Virus record (IMG/VR): IMGVR_UViG_3300013102_000006
Location: 19,869-83,868 of that record
Direction: 5' to 3' (one strand)
Length of the DNA: 64,000 nucleotides
Source: a virus
Lineage: Duplodnaviria; Heunggongvirae; Uroviricota; Caudoviricetes
This document shows positions 1 through 10,209 of the stretch, piece by piece. The notes beneath the pieces were generated by a model. It did no database searches. It had not been told where the DNA came from and was given only the letters and a program-made list of their open reading frames with translations. Made by a program: the position numbers and the translations under genes. Numbering within the stretch: the stretch's first letter is position 1; every line of letters begins with the position of its first letter.

Positions 1-343
1 CAGAAGACGACATTGTGCTACTGCTACCCGCTTGCCCTGCTGTTTGCACAAATGGAGTGGTTGCGTTTATACCAGTATATATTACGTACGCTACAGATGT
101 AGTATTCGTGAATGTAGGTACTGTATCACCTCCGACTGCATACTTGTAGACAAGGCGCTCAGCGCTTCCTCCCGTTGCTTCTGTACCTGAGGTGATTGAT
201 GTATATCCTGATGGCGTACTCGGTACCGTAGTACCTGCGCTATTCATAAGATTAAGAACAATTAAATCACCTGCTACCCATGTTCCTGTAAACGTTACCG
301 ATCCAGCGGCACCGTTGCCTGATGTTTGTCGACTTATTGCCAT
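1..343 (-). CDS. Partial CDS (N-terminal part; gene continues beyond the window's left edge), probable structural/tail-fiber-like protein
   Basis: Minus-strand ATG at 341-343 opens a frame running off the left edge (MAISRQTSGNGAAGSVTFTGTW...); Gly/Ser/Thr-rich like the neighbouring fiber genes; not in the ORF track because no stop lies in the window. Confidence 0.3.
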   Translation of the reverse strand, partial: MAISRQTSGNGAAGSVTFTGTWVAGDLIVLNLMNSAGTTVPSTPSGYTSITSGTEATGGSAERLVYKYAVGGDTVPTFTNTTSVAYVIYTGINATTPFVQTAGQAGSSSTMSSS

Positions 344-349
344 ACTAGC

Positions 350-1342
350 CTACTTATAGAAGAAGTTAACATCACATGTCGCTCCTGTCGAACCTGTTCG
401 AGTCGTGGTACAAGCAAAACTAATTGCCGTACCGAATGCGATACCTTTATCCCAGTGTACTGTCACACCCCCAGAAGCCGGTATACCGATAGACATCGTA
501 GGAGCAGTCGTACCAAGTGTGACTGATCCAGAAGCAACGTTGAATATTTGTACATACGCTACTGCTGCTGTGGTGTTAAATAAGTGGTACCCATACAGCT
601 GCCCTGCTGAAGCCTTGATAGCTGTTGCGGTAGCGCCTACAGAACCCGTGACGATGCTCAGGCCACCTGAGGTTACTGGAGTGTCTACGACTGCATTAGT
701 TGTGCCTGGTGTTGTTTGGTCAATTCCAACCTTACCTACTAACGCAGACCCAGCTACCAGTGCTGGTAGACGCGTTACGTCGACATCGAGACCGTTGGTA
801 GTATCACTACGTAACCTATCCCAGGTTGTACCGTTGTACCCCATAAGGAACGACTGGTTCTGGTCTAGGTCAGTCTCGTTAGAATACGCGTCAGCCGCAC
901 GCTGAGATGCGGCGCGGACAGCATCCCTATTGAGAATAGTCTGTAGACGGAATGAAGTCTGTAACGTACCACCGTTTGTATAGACGATACGGAAATATCG
1001 TGCTTGTCGAGGAACTGAGAAGGTCTTACCAGTTGTTGCAGGGATTGTGTATGTATCGGTTATATCCCAGTTTGAGTTGTCTGATGACTGTTGGATAGAA
1101 AGACCGTCTGTTGCCGAAGCGTGCGAAGCGATGACCGAGATGCGCAGCTCGTTATACGCTAGGACGTCTTCTGATGTACCTGTAAATACTCCAGCAGCAG
1201 CTAGCACTGAAGTAGTTGAGTTATTTGTAGATACCACTCCAGGTTCACCGACCGGAAGGGCGCTCTGGTCAGACGCTATTACTACAGGAGCGCTATTGGC
1301 CATAGTAGCCTGGCCGTTTGCATTGTTAGGATTATATGACAT
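350..1342 (-). CDS. Putative tail fiber / receptor-binding structural protein
   Basis: 330 aa, Thr/Ser/Gly/Asn-rich, directly downstream of two tail fiber genes in the same operon; no catalytic motif. Confidence 0.4.
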   Translation of the reverse strand: MSYNPNNANGQATMANSAPVVIASDQSALPVGEPGVVSTNNSTTSVLAAAGVFTGTSEDVLAYNELRISVIASHASATDGLSIQQSSDNSNWDITDTYTIPATTGKTFSVPRQARYFRIVYTNGGTLQTSFRLQTILNRDAVRAASQRAADAYSNETDLDQNQSFLMGYNGTTWDRLRSDTTNGLDVDVTRLPALVAGSALVGKVGIDQTTPGTTNAVVDTPVTSGGLSIVTGSVGATATAIKASAGQLYGYHLFNTTAAVAYVQIFNVASGSVTLGTTAPTMSIGIPASGGVTVHWDKGIAFGTAISFACTTTRTGSTGATCDVNFFYK

Positions 1343-1343
1343 T

Positions 1344-3896
1344 CTATACTATTCTCCAGTTAGAACCATCTGAAACTATGTCAAGTGATGTGTTCGGGGT
1401 TAAAGTTACGGTCGTACTTCCGTCGATTGTTTGCGAGGAAGTCGTAGAGATTGTTTTGTTCGTTGAGTGGATGTTTTTGATTGTGTACATATTGGTGTTA
1501 GATACTGCTGTAGGTAGAGTAGGAGCACCACCAGAGTTAACAAACACGACATAATCTGTAGCAGCGGTTGCTCCGATCGTTACAGAGGTGGTGATAGTTG
1601 ATATATTTCGTGTAATACCAGAACCGCCCGAGCCGTTAGACGCAGCAGTCACACGACCTTTAGCGTCAACAGTAATGTTTGCATTCGTAAATGAACCGAC
1701 ATTTGAGTTAACAGTAGCAAGCGTAGTAGCGTTGGTATTATTTGCAGAGCCGTTGAATGAGCTACCTGTGCTTGTCACGTCACCTGTTAGTGTACCAATC
1801 GTACGGCTAGTTGTTAGGGTTGCTGCTGAACCTGTAGTATTCTGATTAAATGTTGGAAATGTGTTAGTTCCAGATGTCAGGTCCTTATTTGTAAGCGCCT
1901 GTGTTGATGTATCGCCAACGAGGGTAACGCTACTGGAGCCTGGAAGGCTATAAGTTCTGCTTACTCCAGATACACCACTAAGTGCGAAGTTTGCGGTGTT
2001 TGTAGTATCGGTGTCTTTTGTGATAGTAAGACTACCAGATTTAAGTGTAGCGTTATTTGTTGTATCTATAGTTTTATTGGTAATGGTTTGAGTATCCGAT
2101 GTACCAACGACCGTTCCAGATGGAGCTGTTTTAGTTGCCCAAGTATCAAGGTCGGCATCCCATGCTTGAACGTTTGTGCCAATAACGAGCCCAAGAGTTG
2201 TTCTCACCTGAGCTGGAGTTCTACTAGCCCATGCTGAAGCTACTGAGACTATGAAGTTATCAGTTGTAGGAGTAAGTCCAGCGATTGTTGCGAGATCTGA
2301 GTCATATGCTTGTACATCTGTACCTATTACAAGACCTAGGTTTGTTCTAGCGCCCGATGCTGTACTTGCGCCCGTACCACCATCCGCTACAGCTACATCT
2401 GTGCCAGCAGGGTGATATACCGTGCTCGAGGTGTCTACATAGTTCTTGGTAGCGGCATCTTGGGCACTTGAAGGGTCCGCCATATCGGTAATCTTGAATG
2501 CGCGCATGTCAAGGTGGTCATTGTAGAATGTAGCCACGTTGTTTTGAGTGGTTCCATCACTTACATAGATGTCGTATGCGCCATTGCTCGTAACAAGTTG
2601 CATACCGTACTTGCTGAATATACGTCCTGGAGATGTTGAACCAAATGGGGCATCAAGACCTGCAAGAGCTGCAGATGGAGTTACTGAGTTAGCGGCAACA
2701 CCAAAACCAGTAGTGAAGATTTTGTTACCACCAATTGTGCTTTGGTCGCTTGTAAGGTCTACGTGACCATATCGAGAGTTTGTAGAGAGACTTGTATTAG
2801 CTGTTGCTGGCGTACCAAGTATGCTCACTTCAAGCCAAGTGTTACTATCGCCAGTAGCGCTCTCATGTAAGGCGTAGCGCGCTTTATTGGTTGCTTCTGT
2901 TATTGTCTTTACACTACTGAATAAGTTACCACTAGAAGCGTGTCCGCCTGATGCACCTTCAAGAAGGATTTCATCATAAGTGTTAGTAGTAGTTTGTGAG
3001 TTATTCTTAACTACCAGATTATTCCATATATTGTCTGCGCTCTGGTAACAATAGATACCGTGATAGCCGTTGTTTTCTACTACAAGGTTAGTAAATACTT
3101 GTCTATCTTGTTTGTATATGTTTACACCATATTGTCCGTTGTTTGTGGACGAACAGTTTGCGAATTGGTTAGCTTCAGAAAGCCAAGCAGATACGTCAGC
3201 ATTTGCAGCATTGAAAGCGATACCATATTGGTCGTTGCCATCGAAATGACAGTTAACAAAGTGGTTATACTTCGAACCTGTGCCACTTACTTCACCAGGT
3301 GATACAAGAAGGCCGTGCAATAGGTTAGCGTCTCCATAAAGACTGCCGAATTTAGAGCCTACACATTGTTCGACTTCGAATCCATGGTAATTGTTGTCTG
3401 TCGAGTAGCAGTTCTCAATTGTCGCAGCTGAGGCGTTATAAGCATGTATACCAACACCAGTGGTGCTTTTAACTACAACGTTTCGTACAGTTATTGTACC
3501 TGTACCAGTTACGTAGATACCGTATTGTGTATGTGTGTAGCTTCCAGGAGAGCCGCCTTGGTTAGTTCTGTTACCATCAACAACGAGTTCTTCAATGGTC
3601 ACATTGTCGTAGTCCTCAGACTTAATGATGTTATCGTCTGTTGTAGAGCTTGCGACTAGCTTAAGGACGGTTCCGCCACCAGCGCCCCTGAAGGTTATGT
3701 TATCTTTGACTTGAATGCCTGTGTTAACTATGTATGTGCCAGCAGGAAGATATACTACAGCGCCACCTGCAGCGTATGCAGCGTCTATTGTAGCTTGGAT
3801 GGCAGAGGTATCATTAGTAGAACCGTCACCTTTGGCTCCATAAGCCGTGACGTTATAAGCATCTTGTACTGTTATTGGCGAGAGGCGTTTAACCAT
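1344..3896 (-). CDS. Tailspike / tail fiber with pectate-lyase-like right-handed beta-helix (probable polysaccharide depolymerase)
   Basis: 850 aa; N-terminus [40 protein letters not shown] is typical of pectate-lyase-3 / tailspike beta-helix proteins; repeated Asn/Gly rungs ([18 protein letters not shown]..., [15 protein letters not shown]...); contains the tail-fiber motif [15 protein letters not shown] shared with the next gene. Confidence 0.6.
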   Translation of the reverse strand: MVKRLSPITVQDAYNVTAYGAKGDGSTNDTSAIQATIDAAYAAGGAVVYLPAGTYIVNTGIQVKDNITFRGAGGGTVLKLVASSTTDDNIIKSEDYDNVTIEELVVDGNRTNQGGSPGSYTHTQYGIYVTGTGTITVRNVVVKSTTGVGIHAYNASAATIENCYSTDNNYHGFEVEQCVGSKFGSLYGDANLLHGLLVSPGEVSGTGSKYNHFVNCHFDGNDQYGIAFNAANADVSAWLSEANQFANCSSTNNGQYGVNIYKQDRQVFTNLVVENNGYHGIYCYQSADNIWNNLVVKNNSQTTTNTYDEILLEGASGGHASSGNLFSSVKTITEATNKARYALHESATGDSNTWLEVSILGTPATANTSLSTNSRYGHVDLTSDQSTIGGNKIFTTGFGVAANSVTPSAALAGLDAPFGSTSPGRIFSKYGMQLVTSNGAYDIYVSDGTTQNNVATFYNDHLDMRAFKITDMADPSSAQDAATKNYVDTSSTVYHPAGTDVAVADGGTGASTASGARTNLGLVIGTDVQAYDSDLATIAGLTPTTDNFIVSVASAWASRTPAQVRTTLGLVIGTNVQAWDADLDTWATKTAPSGTVVGTSDTQTITNKTIDTTNNATLKSGSLTITKDTDTTNTANFALSGVSGVSRTYSLPGSSSVTLVGDTSTQALTNKDLTSGTNTFPTFNQNTTGSAATLTTSRTIGTLTGDVTSTGSSFNGSANNTNATTLATVNSNVGSFTNANITVDAKGRVTAASNGSGGSGITRNISTITTSVTIGATAATDYVVFVNSGGAPTLPTAVSNTNMYTIKNIHSTNKTISTTSSQTIDGSTTVTLTPNTSLDIVSDGSNWRIV

Positions 3897-3909
3897 CTAA
3901 GCCTCCTTA

Positions 3910-5109
3910 TTATCCTATGATGACGACTTTGTATGCGTTTGAAGCAGGAGCAACTGCGAAGGTGAATGTGGTTACAGTTGTAGAAGTGTTAACAACGTCA
4001 CATTCTACTACAGCATTTGTTGATGCATCTCTTACTTGTGATAGGACATCTTGGTTCCCAAGGTTGTGTGTTACCGCGATTGATGTAGATGAACCATTAC
4101 CGATTGTTGCTGCATACTTAAGTGGGAAGTTTACAAGGCCAGAAGGAGTGACTGCTTTTGCTGTGTTGCTTCGAGCTTCAGTTTCAGCTTGAGTTGCAAG
4201 TTGTACCTTACCAGCAGTGCTTGTTGAGGCGTTTGGAACTGTACCACCGTTAATTTGTGTCCATACGGTTGCTGTTGTGCCAATTGTTACTGATTCTACC
4301 GTTTGAGTCCATGCAGTATCAGCGTTTGCCGTACCTGCAGTGACGTATACAGTAGCGCCGTTAAGTTCTGTGCCTGAGTTAGCGTCTGATGCTCGAGTAG
4401 GAGCGCCTGATGCGTTTACAGTGTAAATACCGTTCTCAGAGCCAGTAGTTTGGTCTTTGATTAAGATTCTATCACCAGTTGCAAGTGTTACACCATCAAC
4501 GGTTGAACCATTTGCGTATGCAGATGCTAATGTACCGTTAGTTGTGGTTGCAGCACGTACTGCTTGCTTCCAAGAGAGTCCTTGAACAGCGTTATCTACG
4601 TATGCTTTGGTTGCAGCATCTTGCGCGCTTGTTGGGTCGGCAAGGCTTGTAAGCTTATGAGAGTTTATAGAGTAGTCAGCAGTAGCGGCACCAACGTCGT
4701 TAAGAGTAGCGTTACTGAATCCACCAGCACCATCACCCTTAAGAGCAGATGTACCAGATGTAGCTGGAGCATAGTCTGTACCTGATGTGGCAGTACCCAA
4801 TACCCCAGAAGTCAACTTAGCAAGACCTGTACCAGTTGCTCGCTTAATTGTCTTACCACCAGTACCAGAGAACACGGCTACTTCGCCATCTACTGATGTT
4901 GATGTGTTTGAAGATACGTCACCAGTCGCAGTGCTTGTACCCATGTAGTCCCAAGTGGAACCGTTGTAAACACCAAACTTTCCTAATGTGGTGTCGTAGT
5001 ACTCTTGACCAGTTACAGGGCTTGAAGGAGCGGATGCAAGGTTTTGAATACGTGCATTGCGAAGTTCATTCTGTGCAAGGTCTATATCGACTAAAAATTT
5101 CTTTGCCAT
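3910..5109 (-). CDS. Tail fiber protein
   Basis: 399 aa; N-terminus MAKKFLVDIDLAQNELRNARIQNLASAPSSPVTGQEYYDTTLGKFGVYNGSTWDY is a classic phage tail-fiber anchor; carries the motif [17 protein letters not shown]. Confidence 0.65.
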   Translation of the reverse strand: MAKKFLVDIDLAQNELRNARIQNLASAPSSPVTGQEYYDTTLGKFGVYNGSTWDYMGTSTATGDVSSNTSTSVDGEVAVFSGTGGKTIKRATGTGLAKLTSGVLGTATSGTDYAPATSGTSALKGDGAGGFSNATLNDVGAATADYSINSHKLTSLADPTSAQDAATKAYVDNAVQGLSWKQAVRAATTTNGTLASAYANGSTVDGVTLATGDRILIKDQTTGSENGIYTVNASGAPTRASDANSGTELNGATVYVTAGTANADTAWTQTVESVTIGTTATVWTQINGGTVPNASTSTAGKVQLATQAETEARSNTAKAVTPSGLVNFPLKYAATIGNGSSTSIAVTHNLGNQDVLSQVRDASTNAVVECDVVNTSTTVTTFTFAVAPASNAYKVVIIG

Positions 5110-5139
5110 TTTTGTTTTCCTTTTATTCTATTATACCAA

Positions 5140-5562
5140 TTATGAGCAGGTCACTATTCCTGAGAACGGTGCTGAGAACGTTACGGATAATTGGTTTATG
5201 CTTGCATGTACAATGCTTCCCTCAACCTCATCGCCAGAAGAGTCGTGGATTGTGACTGCTGGATACTTGTTAAGGTTATGGTTTACTGTTACAGAACTCG
5301 ATACGGTGAATGGTTGTTCAAAGTACTTATCTGTAGCATCGAACACGTGCCATGCAGTACCATCGACAGTCCTTGTGAGCACATCTCCAGGGTTTCCACC
5401 CTCTGGGACACCTACACCTTGAGGCCCCTGTGGACCAGGTAGGCCTCTCTTTGATGAGCCGAGTACGTTTATTTTTCTTTTTACACTTTTAATAGTCACC
5501 TTATTGGTGATTCTTTTTACAGTAAAGGACTTCTTCCTTCTATTAATCGTGATTTTATACAC
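5140..5562 (-). CDS. Small structural protein with short collagen-like repeat
   Basis: 140 aa; GLPGPQGPQGVGVPEGGNPGD Gly-X-Y tract; lies between the tail fibers and the portal gene. Confidence 0.4.
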   Translation of the reverse strand: MYKITINRRKKSFTVKRITNKVTIKSVKRKINVLGSSKRGLPGPQGPQGVGVPEGGNPGDVLTRTVDGTAWHVFDATDKYFEQPFTVSSSVTVNHNLNKYPAVTIHDSSGDEVEGSIVHASINQLSVTFSAPFSGIVTCS

Positions 5563-5900
5563 TAGCTAACTCCGCTTGGGCCACCATCACAGATGATAAG
5601 CTTAGGAAAGTCGCAGTCTCCATCGCAATCGTCAGGGTCTGGTAACTTATCAGTAACGCCATCTGAGTAATTGATGGTAATCATATAGTCGTATGTGTCT
5701 ATAGGAATGTTTGTGTCATTAGTGAATATAGTTGCTTGAGCTTTTCCGTCTACTATTGTGAATGTTTCAAACTCATCGATGTATATAGTACCGTCCTTGA
5801 AAGCTTGGAATTGAACGCTCTCAGCGGATACATCGTCAGCAACAATAGGGAATTCGAGTGTAGCTCCTTGTCGTATCGACATGTTATCAAATGAATCCAT
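5562..5900 (-). CDS. Hypothetical protein (structural module)
   Basis: 112 aa ORF, abuts the neighbouring genes. Confidence 0.35.
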   Translation of the reverse strand: MDSFDNMSIRQGATLEFPIVADDVSAESVQFQAFKDGTIYIDEFETFTIVDGKAQATIFTNDTNIPIDTYDYMITINYSDGVTDKLPDPDDCDGDCDFPKLIICDGGPSGVS

Positions 5901-5903
5901 GAG

Positions 5904-6143
5904 TTACTCCTTAATCTTTCTTTCTTCGTGTTGTACTTTTACGCCAGTAGACAGCTTAGCCTGGCTATCAACTTCAAAGTCGAATAGTCTATGGCAGCTG
6001 CGGCATCGAGCACGTCCGCTAGAGCCAGCTCGTACTTCTACGCATATACGGTTGCATCTGTATAGCTTTCCATCTTTTTGAGATAGTTTCTCAGATGGGC
6101 AACGTATTTCAAATAGGAAACTTGTATTATCAGATAGAGCCAT
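5904..6143 (-). CDS. Hypothetical small Cys-rich protein
   Basis: 79 aa; CxxC...CxxC pattern (CPSEK...CNRIC...CRSCHRLF). Confidence 0.3.
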   Translation of the reverse strand: MALSDNTSFLFEIRCPSEKLSQKDGKLYRCNRICVEVRAGSSGRARCRSCHRLFDFEVDSQAKLSTGVKVQHEERKIKE

Positions 6144-6345
6144 CGTATTCCTTTAGCCCTCTCGTCTTATCGAGTTTACCGTATGTCTTATTAACTCTTC
6201 CCTTGTCAATGCCAAGTATAATAGGCTTCTCATCGTCTTCAGCATTACGAGCTTCTTCTCTGAGCAGTTTTGCAAGTTCATCTAGCTCCTCATCGCTCAT
6301 GGTGTAGTGAGGATTGTCGGCAAGTTTCTTTACGTTCTTATTCAT
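6130..6345 (-). CDS. Hypothetical protein
   Basis: 71 aa ORF immediately downstream of the portal gene. Confidence 0.3.
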   Translation of the reverse strand: MNKNVKKLADNPHYTMSDEELDELAKLLREEARNAEDDEKPIILGIDKGRVNKTYGKLDKTRGLKEYDGSI

Positions 6346-6355
6346 AGAATCTCCT

Positions 6356-9300
6356 CTAGTTTTTTATAACCAATACATATTCACAGTTACAGTTTGGGTG
6401 TACGTTTCCTGCACTGATTGACTCCCAGTTAATAGGGAGATGTTTCACCTTCTTAGCGCCATTGTCTGAAGTCTCTGTCACAGATAGGATTGAGCCTAGG
6501 TCTGCAAAGTTCTTCATAAATGGAATAGGTGGCATATCAATTAGTAGCTTACAATAAGCACAAGGTGTACCAGTTCGGCTACGTAGCTGTTTGTAAGCCT
6601 GTGGCATAAGACCGCTACTGTTTAGGAATTGTCTGTCTGCTTCAAACTGTGATTGGTTAAATACCCGAGCTGCTTCAGTTCTAGCGATGGTAGTAGCTCG
6701 GTTCTTAGATATTTCTGGGTACTTCTTACGGATAGAGTTAGAGATGCTCGTACGTCCTTCGCCCTGTAGAGCAAGCTTCTGAGCCTCTTTGTACATATCA
6801 GTGTCATCGAACTTACCAGAAAGTACAGCTACTTCTATTTGAGACTGTGTAGGGTTATCAGGAAGGACATCAAGCACTGACTTTTTACCAGCTGCCGCAG
6901 CTGCAGTCACAAGAAGTATGAGTTCGGTGATGATTGCTGCACCATAAGCGATAGTGGCTGCGGTAAGTATATCTTCCATGACCGTAGCAACATGAGATAT
7001 TGATGCTTTTTGAGCCATTTGTTCGATATAGTCCTGTGCCTCAGAAGTCATTTCGTAAGTTCCAACGACTCCATATTCAGCAGAGCGTTGAGCAAGTAGC
7101 TGACGGCCGAATATTGGGTAGAGATTAATGTAGAACACGTTTAGTAACGCGTCTACTTCTTGTTCAAACTTCTTTTGTTGGGCTTTTGTTAGTGGTGCAC
7201 CATTGTCTGTAAGATAACCTAGATTCTGGTTGTTAGCGGCTGCTTCAACCATTTCACGTTCGATTATCTCAAACCCGTCGCGCAATTTGTTTTGCTGAGC
7301 CTTGATAATATCGCGTGTAGCGTCGTCTAAGGCGTTCTCAGCGACGATAAGTCCAGTAGGCGATACTGAGTAGTGTTCATGTCCGATAGAGCTTAGAGAC
7401 GATTCTACAGCGTTGTCAGATTTCTTTGCTTCTTCTTTTCTGTCACCGTAGTTTATGCCTACAGCATCGACAGTCTTACCAGCGTATTCTTTATTGAGTG
7501 TAGACACCCAGTTATTGACATTCGCAGTCTTTTTAACGTATGCAAGTGTCATATGTGGCATGTATTCACTGAAGGTATTAACATGTGGCAATAGTGTAAG
7601 CCGTTCATGGCCATCCACTAGTTCAGAGGTCTTTTCAAGGTGAGCTACGACTGCATAAGAGTCAGGAGTGTCAAAGTACCCAACATGGTTAATCTTTACA
7701 GAGTTTACATTCCACCCTTTTAGAAGTGCGTCAACCTTGTTCTTCCAAGTGTTGCCGTTTTCTAGAAGACCATATAGAAGTGTCACATGAGGAACTGTCT
7801 CTGCAGGTACTGCGCCTTGGTCCCACTTAGGATTAGCGAATAGTTCGTCTTCGTGACCTTGCATGTGCTCCATCACCTTCATAGGCTTAAGATCGAGCAT
7901 AATACAACCAAGGTTATCGGTATCTATCTCCATGTCGTCATATAGCTCAGGAAAGTCGCGTGATGATATCTGGTTAGCTATCTTTATGGAATTGCCAACG
8001 ACTGGCTTAATGCCAGGAATCGCTGTAGATTGAGTTAGAAACTTAGTAGTACTGACAGAGTTGTTACTCGTATCTGGAGTTGGCGATGTTACGTCTTCAG
8101 GAACCGCGCCATCTTCTTCCCGAGCAGTAACAGCATCGGTATTCTGATTATCTGAAGGTGTATCTGGAGTTGGAGGATTAGGGTCGTTATTTTGGTCATC
8201 GATAGGTTCACCAAGCTCCTCCCAAGTAATCTCACCTGATGCAAAGGCAAATGACTTTTGTCTGTCATAACCAGCGTCAATAAGTTGCTGAGCAAGCTTC
8301 ACTTCAGCTGTTCGGATTTCTACATCCTTAAGCTCTGCATCGCGGTCTTTCTCTACTGGAGAGTCAACAACAATCTCGAACTCGTTTTGTTCCCACTCCT
8401 TGTACCATTTACGATAGTCAAGGTTAAGCGCATCAGCAATGTCTTCAGCACGTGGGATGATGGCGTCGACAGTAAAGTTAGCGTCCTGTACTTCTGAAGT
8501 ATCTCGAGTCGTGCCTGATTCCTCAATACCTGCAGTAGTCTTTGACATAGCTGCAACGGCAAGAAGAATGTCCCGTTGAATAGCGTTGATTTTATCAAGA
8601 GCCGCCTTATCAAGGTCAATTTGCATATCTTGCCAGTTAATGACACCAGAGCCATTACCAAAGATAGGCTCACCCTTTTGGTGCCCTATGATACGTGCTT
8701 TGAAGTTCTCAAACTTCTGCGGATCAAGCTCTACGTCAGTGGTTACGATACCAGGGGCTGATATGTTTCCATTAATGGTTTGGCGTGTATAGTCGCTAGC
8801 TTGTCGTAGTGTGAACTGAGACTCTCTAGCGGCGTCCATCATTGAGTATGACTGGTCCTTGTTGAAAGGATTCAACATTCTAATTTCAATGATTTGTTCA
8901 GGAGCCCATTCTCGGTAGAATCCATTATGAGACTCTACATACCCACCGACTTCACCTGTGGTTTCATTGATGACGCGTCGGACTTCATATGGGTTGATAA
9001 GCACGAACTGTTGAACTGCTCCAACAGCGACTTCACCATCTTTTGTTATACGAGAGTTACGTACGGTACCAAGATAGTAAACACCTTTAAGGTCTAGGTA
9101 TGTAGATATTTCATACCAGAATTGCTTCTTTGTGTATTCCTTAGAGCGTTTGATTACCGTTAGATAAGGGTGAACTATTTCCTGGTCTTTTTTCTGGTAC
9201 TGCTCGGTGGTTTTCTTTGATGCTTCGGTTTCAATGAAGCGTCGGCCAAGAACAGAGGTTCTATTGGCACGTTTAGTAATGACTGCGTATCCGTAGTCCT

Positions 9301-9466
9301 TGTACAAATTCTCATCTGACATCTTAACATCAGACCAGTTTTGCATCAATGGTTTTTCTCCGTTGCCGAATCGGAGGAATCTGTTAGCTTCGGAGACAGG
9401 TAGACTATTTTCGGTCTTGTTTGTCAGAGCTTGGACGGCAAGTTTGATTCTTTTTGGAAAGTCCAT
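6356..9466 (-). CDS. Portal protein fused to a LigT-like 2H phosphoesterase domain and a C-terminal Mu-F-like head morphogenesis (minor capsid) domain
   Basis: 1036 aa. Residues about 1-420 look like a portal. Residues about 515-680 carry two H-x-T-x motifs 78 aa apart (VPHVTLLYGLL and MPHMTLAYV), the signature of 2H/LigT phosphoesterases. The C-terminal 190 aa carry Mu-F/SPP1-gp7 family features (TIARTEAARVFNQSQF...CAYCKLL...HPNCNCEY). Confidence 0.75.
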   Translation of the reverse strand: MDFPKRIKLAVQALTNKTENSLPVSEANRFLRFGNGEKPLMQNWSDVKMSDENLYKDYGYAVITKRANRTSVLGRRFIETEASKKTTEQYQKKDQEIVHPYLTVIKRSKEYTKKQFWYEISTYLDLKGVYYLGTVRNSRITKDGEVAVGAVQQFVLINPYEVRRVINETTGEVGGYVESHNGFYREWAPEQIIEIRMLNPFNKDQSYSMMDAARESQFTLRQASDYTRQTINGNISAPGIVTTDVELDPQKFENFKARIIGHQKGEPIFGNGSGVINWQDMQIDLDKAALDKINAIQRDILLAVAAMSKTTAGIEESGTTRDTSEVQDANFTVDAIIPRAEDIADALNLDYRKWYKEWEQNEFEIVVDSPVEKDRDAELKDVEIRTAEVKLAQQLIDAGYDRQKSFAFASGEITWEELGEPIDDQNNDPNPPTPDTPSDNQNTDAVTAREEDGAVPEDVTSPTPDTSNNSVSTTKFLTQSTAIPGIKPVVGNSIKIANQISSRDFPELYDDMEIDTDNLGCIMLDLKPMKVMEHMQGHEDELFANPKWDQGAVPAETVPHVTLLYGLLENGNTWKNKVDALLKGWNVNSVKINHVGYFDTPDSYAVVAHLEKTSELVDGHERLTLLPHVNTFSEYMPHMTLAYVKKTANVNNWVSTLNKEYAGKTVDAVGINYGDRKEEAKKSDNAVESSLSSIGHEHYSVSPTGLIVAENALDDATRDIIKAQQNKLRDGFEIIEREMVEAAANNQNLGYLTDNGAPLTKAQQKKFEQEVDALLNVFYINLYPIFGRQLLAQRSAEYGVVGTYEMTSEAQDYIEQMAQKASISHVATVMEDILTAATIAYGAAIITELILLVTAAAAAGKKSVLDVLPDNPTQSQIEVAVLSGKFDDTDMYKEAQKLALQGEGRTSISNSIRKKYPEISKNRATTIARTEAARVFNQSQFEADRQFLNSSGLMPQAYKQLRSRTGTPCAYCKLLIDMPPIPFMKNFADLGSILSVTETSDNGAKKVKHLPINWESISAGNVHPNCNCEYVLVIKN

Positions 9467-9508
9467 TAATTACGCCGTAATTTGTTTTATATTCTGTATT
9501 CATTATAC

Positions 9509-9543
9509 TAAAAAGCCACCTTGTCAAAGGTGACTTCTTTTTT
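9509..9543. terminator. Rho-independent terminator (bidirectional) upstream of the portal gene
   Basis: GCCACCTT-gtca-AAGGTGAC hairpin (one mismatch) flanked by an A-run on the left and TTCTTTTTTT on the right. Confidence 0.5.
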
Positions 9544-9712
9544 ACAATGAAAACTATTATTCTATGAGTCCTATCGATATGTATACAACGACCGTCCCAA
9601 CGAGTATAAGAGCAAACTTTACATATGGCATATTATCTTCATTAATATTCGACCTTATATAGCGTATCATCAATAGTAGTTGTTGAACCATGTATGGTAA
9701 TTGCATATTTAT

Positions 9713-10015
9713 CTACTTATACAAGACTATACCGTGATAATCTATCTTCTTTAATTTTCTTATCCTTGTGCCGTGTTTGCATATAGCCCCGTCTAGATAT
9801 CGGTATTTCGTGGCGCATATATCGTAGCAATAGATGCTACTAAAAGAATTCTCTTTCTGTACATGATACCTCTCTCGCGAGTTTATATCTGGCACATCCC
9901 AGTATCCCATCTTCCTGATAGCAGCTTCGTCTAGCATCTTTGTTTTAGTACTGATATCGCGAATTAAGCCATTAGCCGCTACGTGTAACTTATCTATAAA
10001 GAATGGTAAAATCAT
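9713..10015 (-). CDS. Hypothetical protein, member of the MxxPFF N-terminal-motif paralog family
   Basis: 100 aa; N-terminus MILPFFIDKL; last of four tandem ORFs with a related N-terminus. Confidence 0.35.
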   Translation of the reverse strand: MILPFFIDKLHVAANGLIRDISTKTKMLDEAAIRKMGYWDVPDINSRERYHVQKENSFSSIYCYDICATKYRYLDGAICKHGTRIRKLKKIDYHGIVLYK

Positions 10016-10209
10016 AGCCCGAACACCACCATTAAAACGACCATTATTACAGGGGGGATAATAAAGATTATGTTGCCAGTGAACACCGATAGCGCGACGA
10101 GCGATAATGCAGATACCACCCCGATCGTCACTATGATACCGAATACTGAATCGGTAGATATCCTGGATACTGCCTTCAGGAATGTGGTCATAAAATAAGG
10201 CTTAATCAT
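10012..10209 (-). CDS. Hypothetical membrane protein, MxxPFF paralog family
   Basis: 65 aa; N-terminus MIKPYFMTTFLKAV; strongly hydrophobic C-terminal half. Confidence 0.35.
   Translation of the reverse strand: MIKPYFMTTFLKAVSRISTDSVFGIIVTIGVVSALSLVALSVFTGNIIFIIPPVIMVVLMVVFGL

Noticed and set aside
326-1373. Plus-strand ORFs 326..526, 405..905 and 1047..1373, antisense to the tail fiber genes
   Set aside because: They lie wholly inside longer, motif-supported minus-strand genes and lack RBSs; they are typical shadow ORFs in Thr/Ser-rich fiber genes.
6622-8673. Internal ORFs 6622..6807, 8089..8295, 8353..8673 and plus-strand ORFs inside the portal gene
   Set aside because: They are alternative frames within the 1036-aa portal-2H-MuF ORF, which is supported by three independent motif sets.
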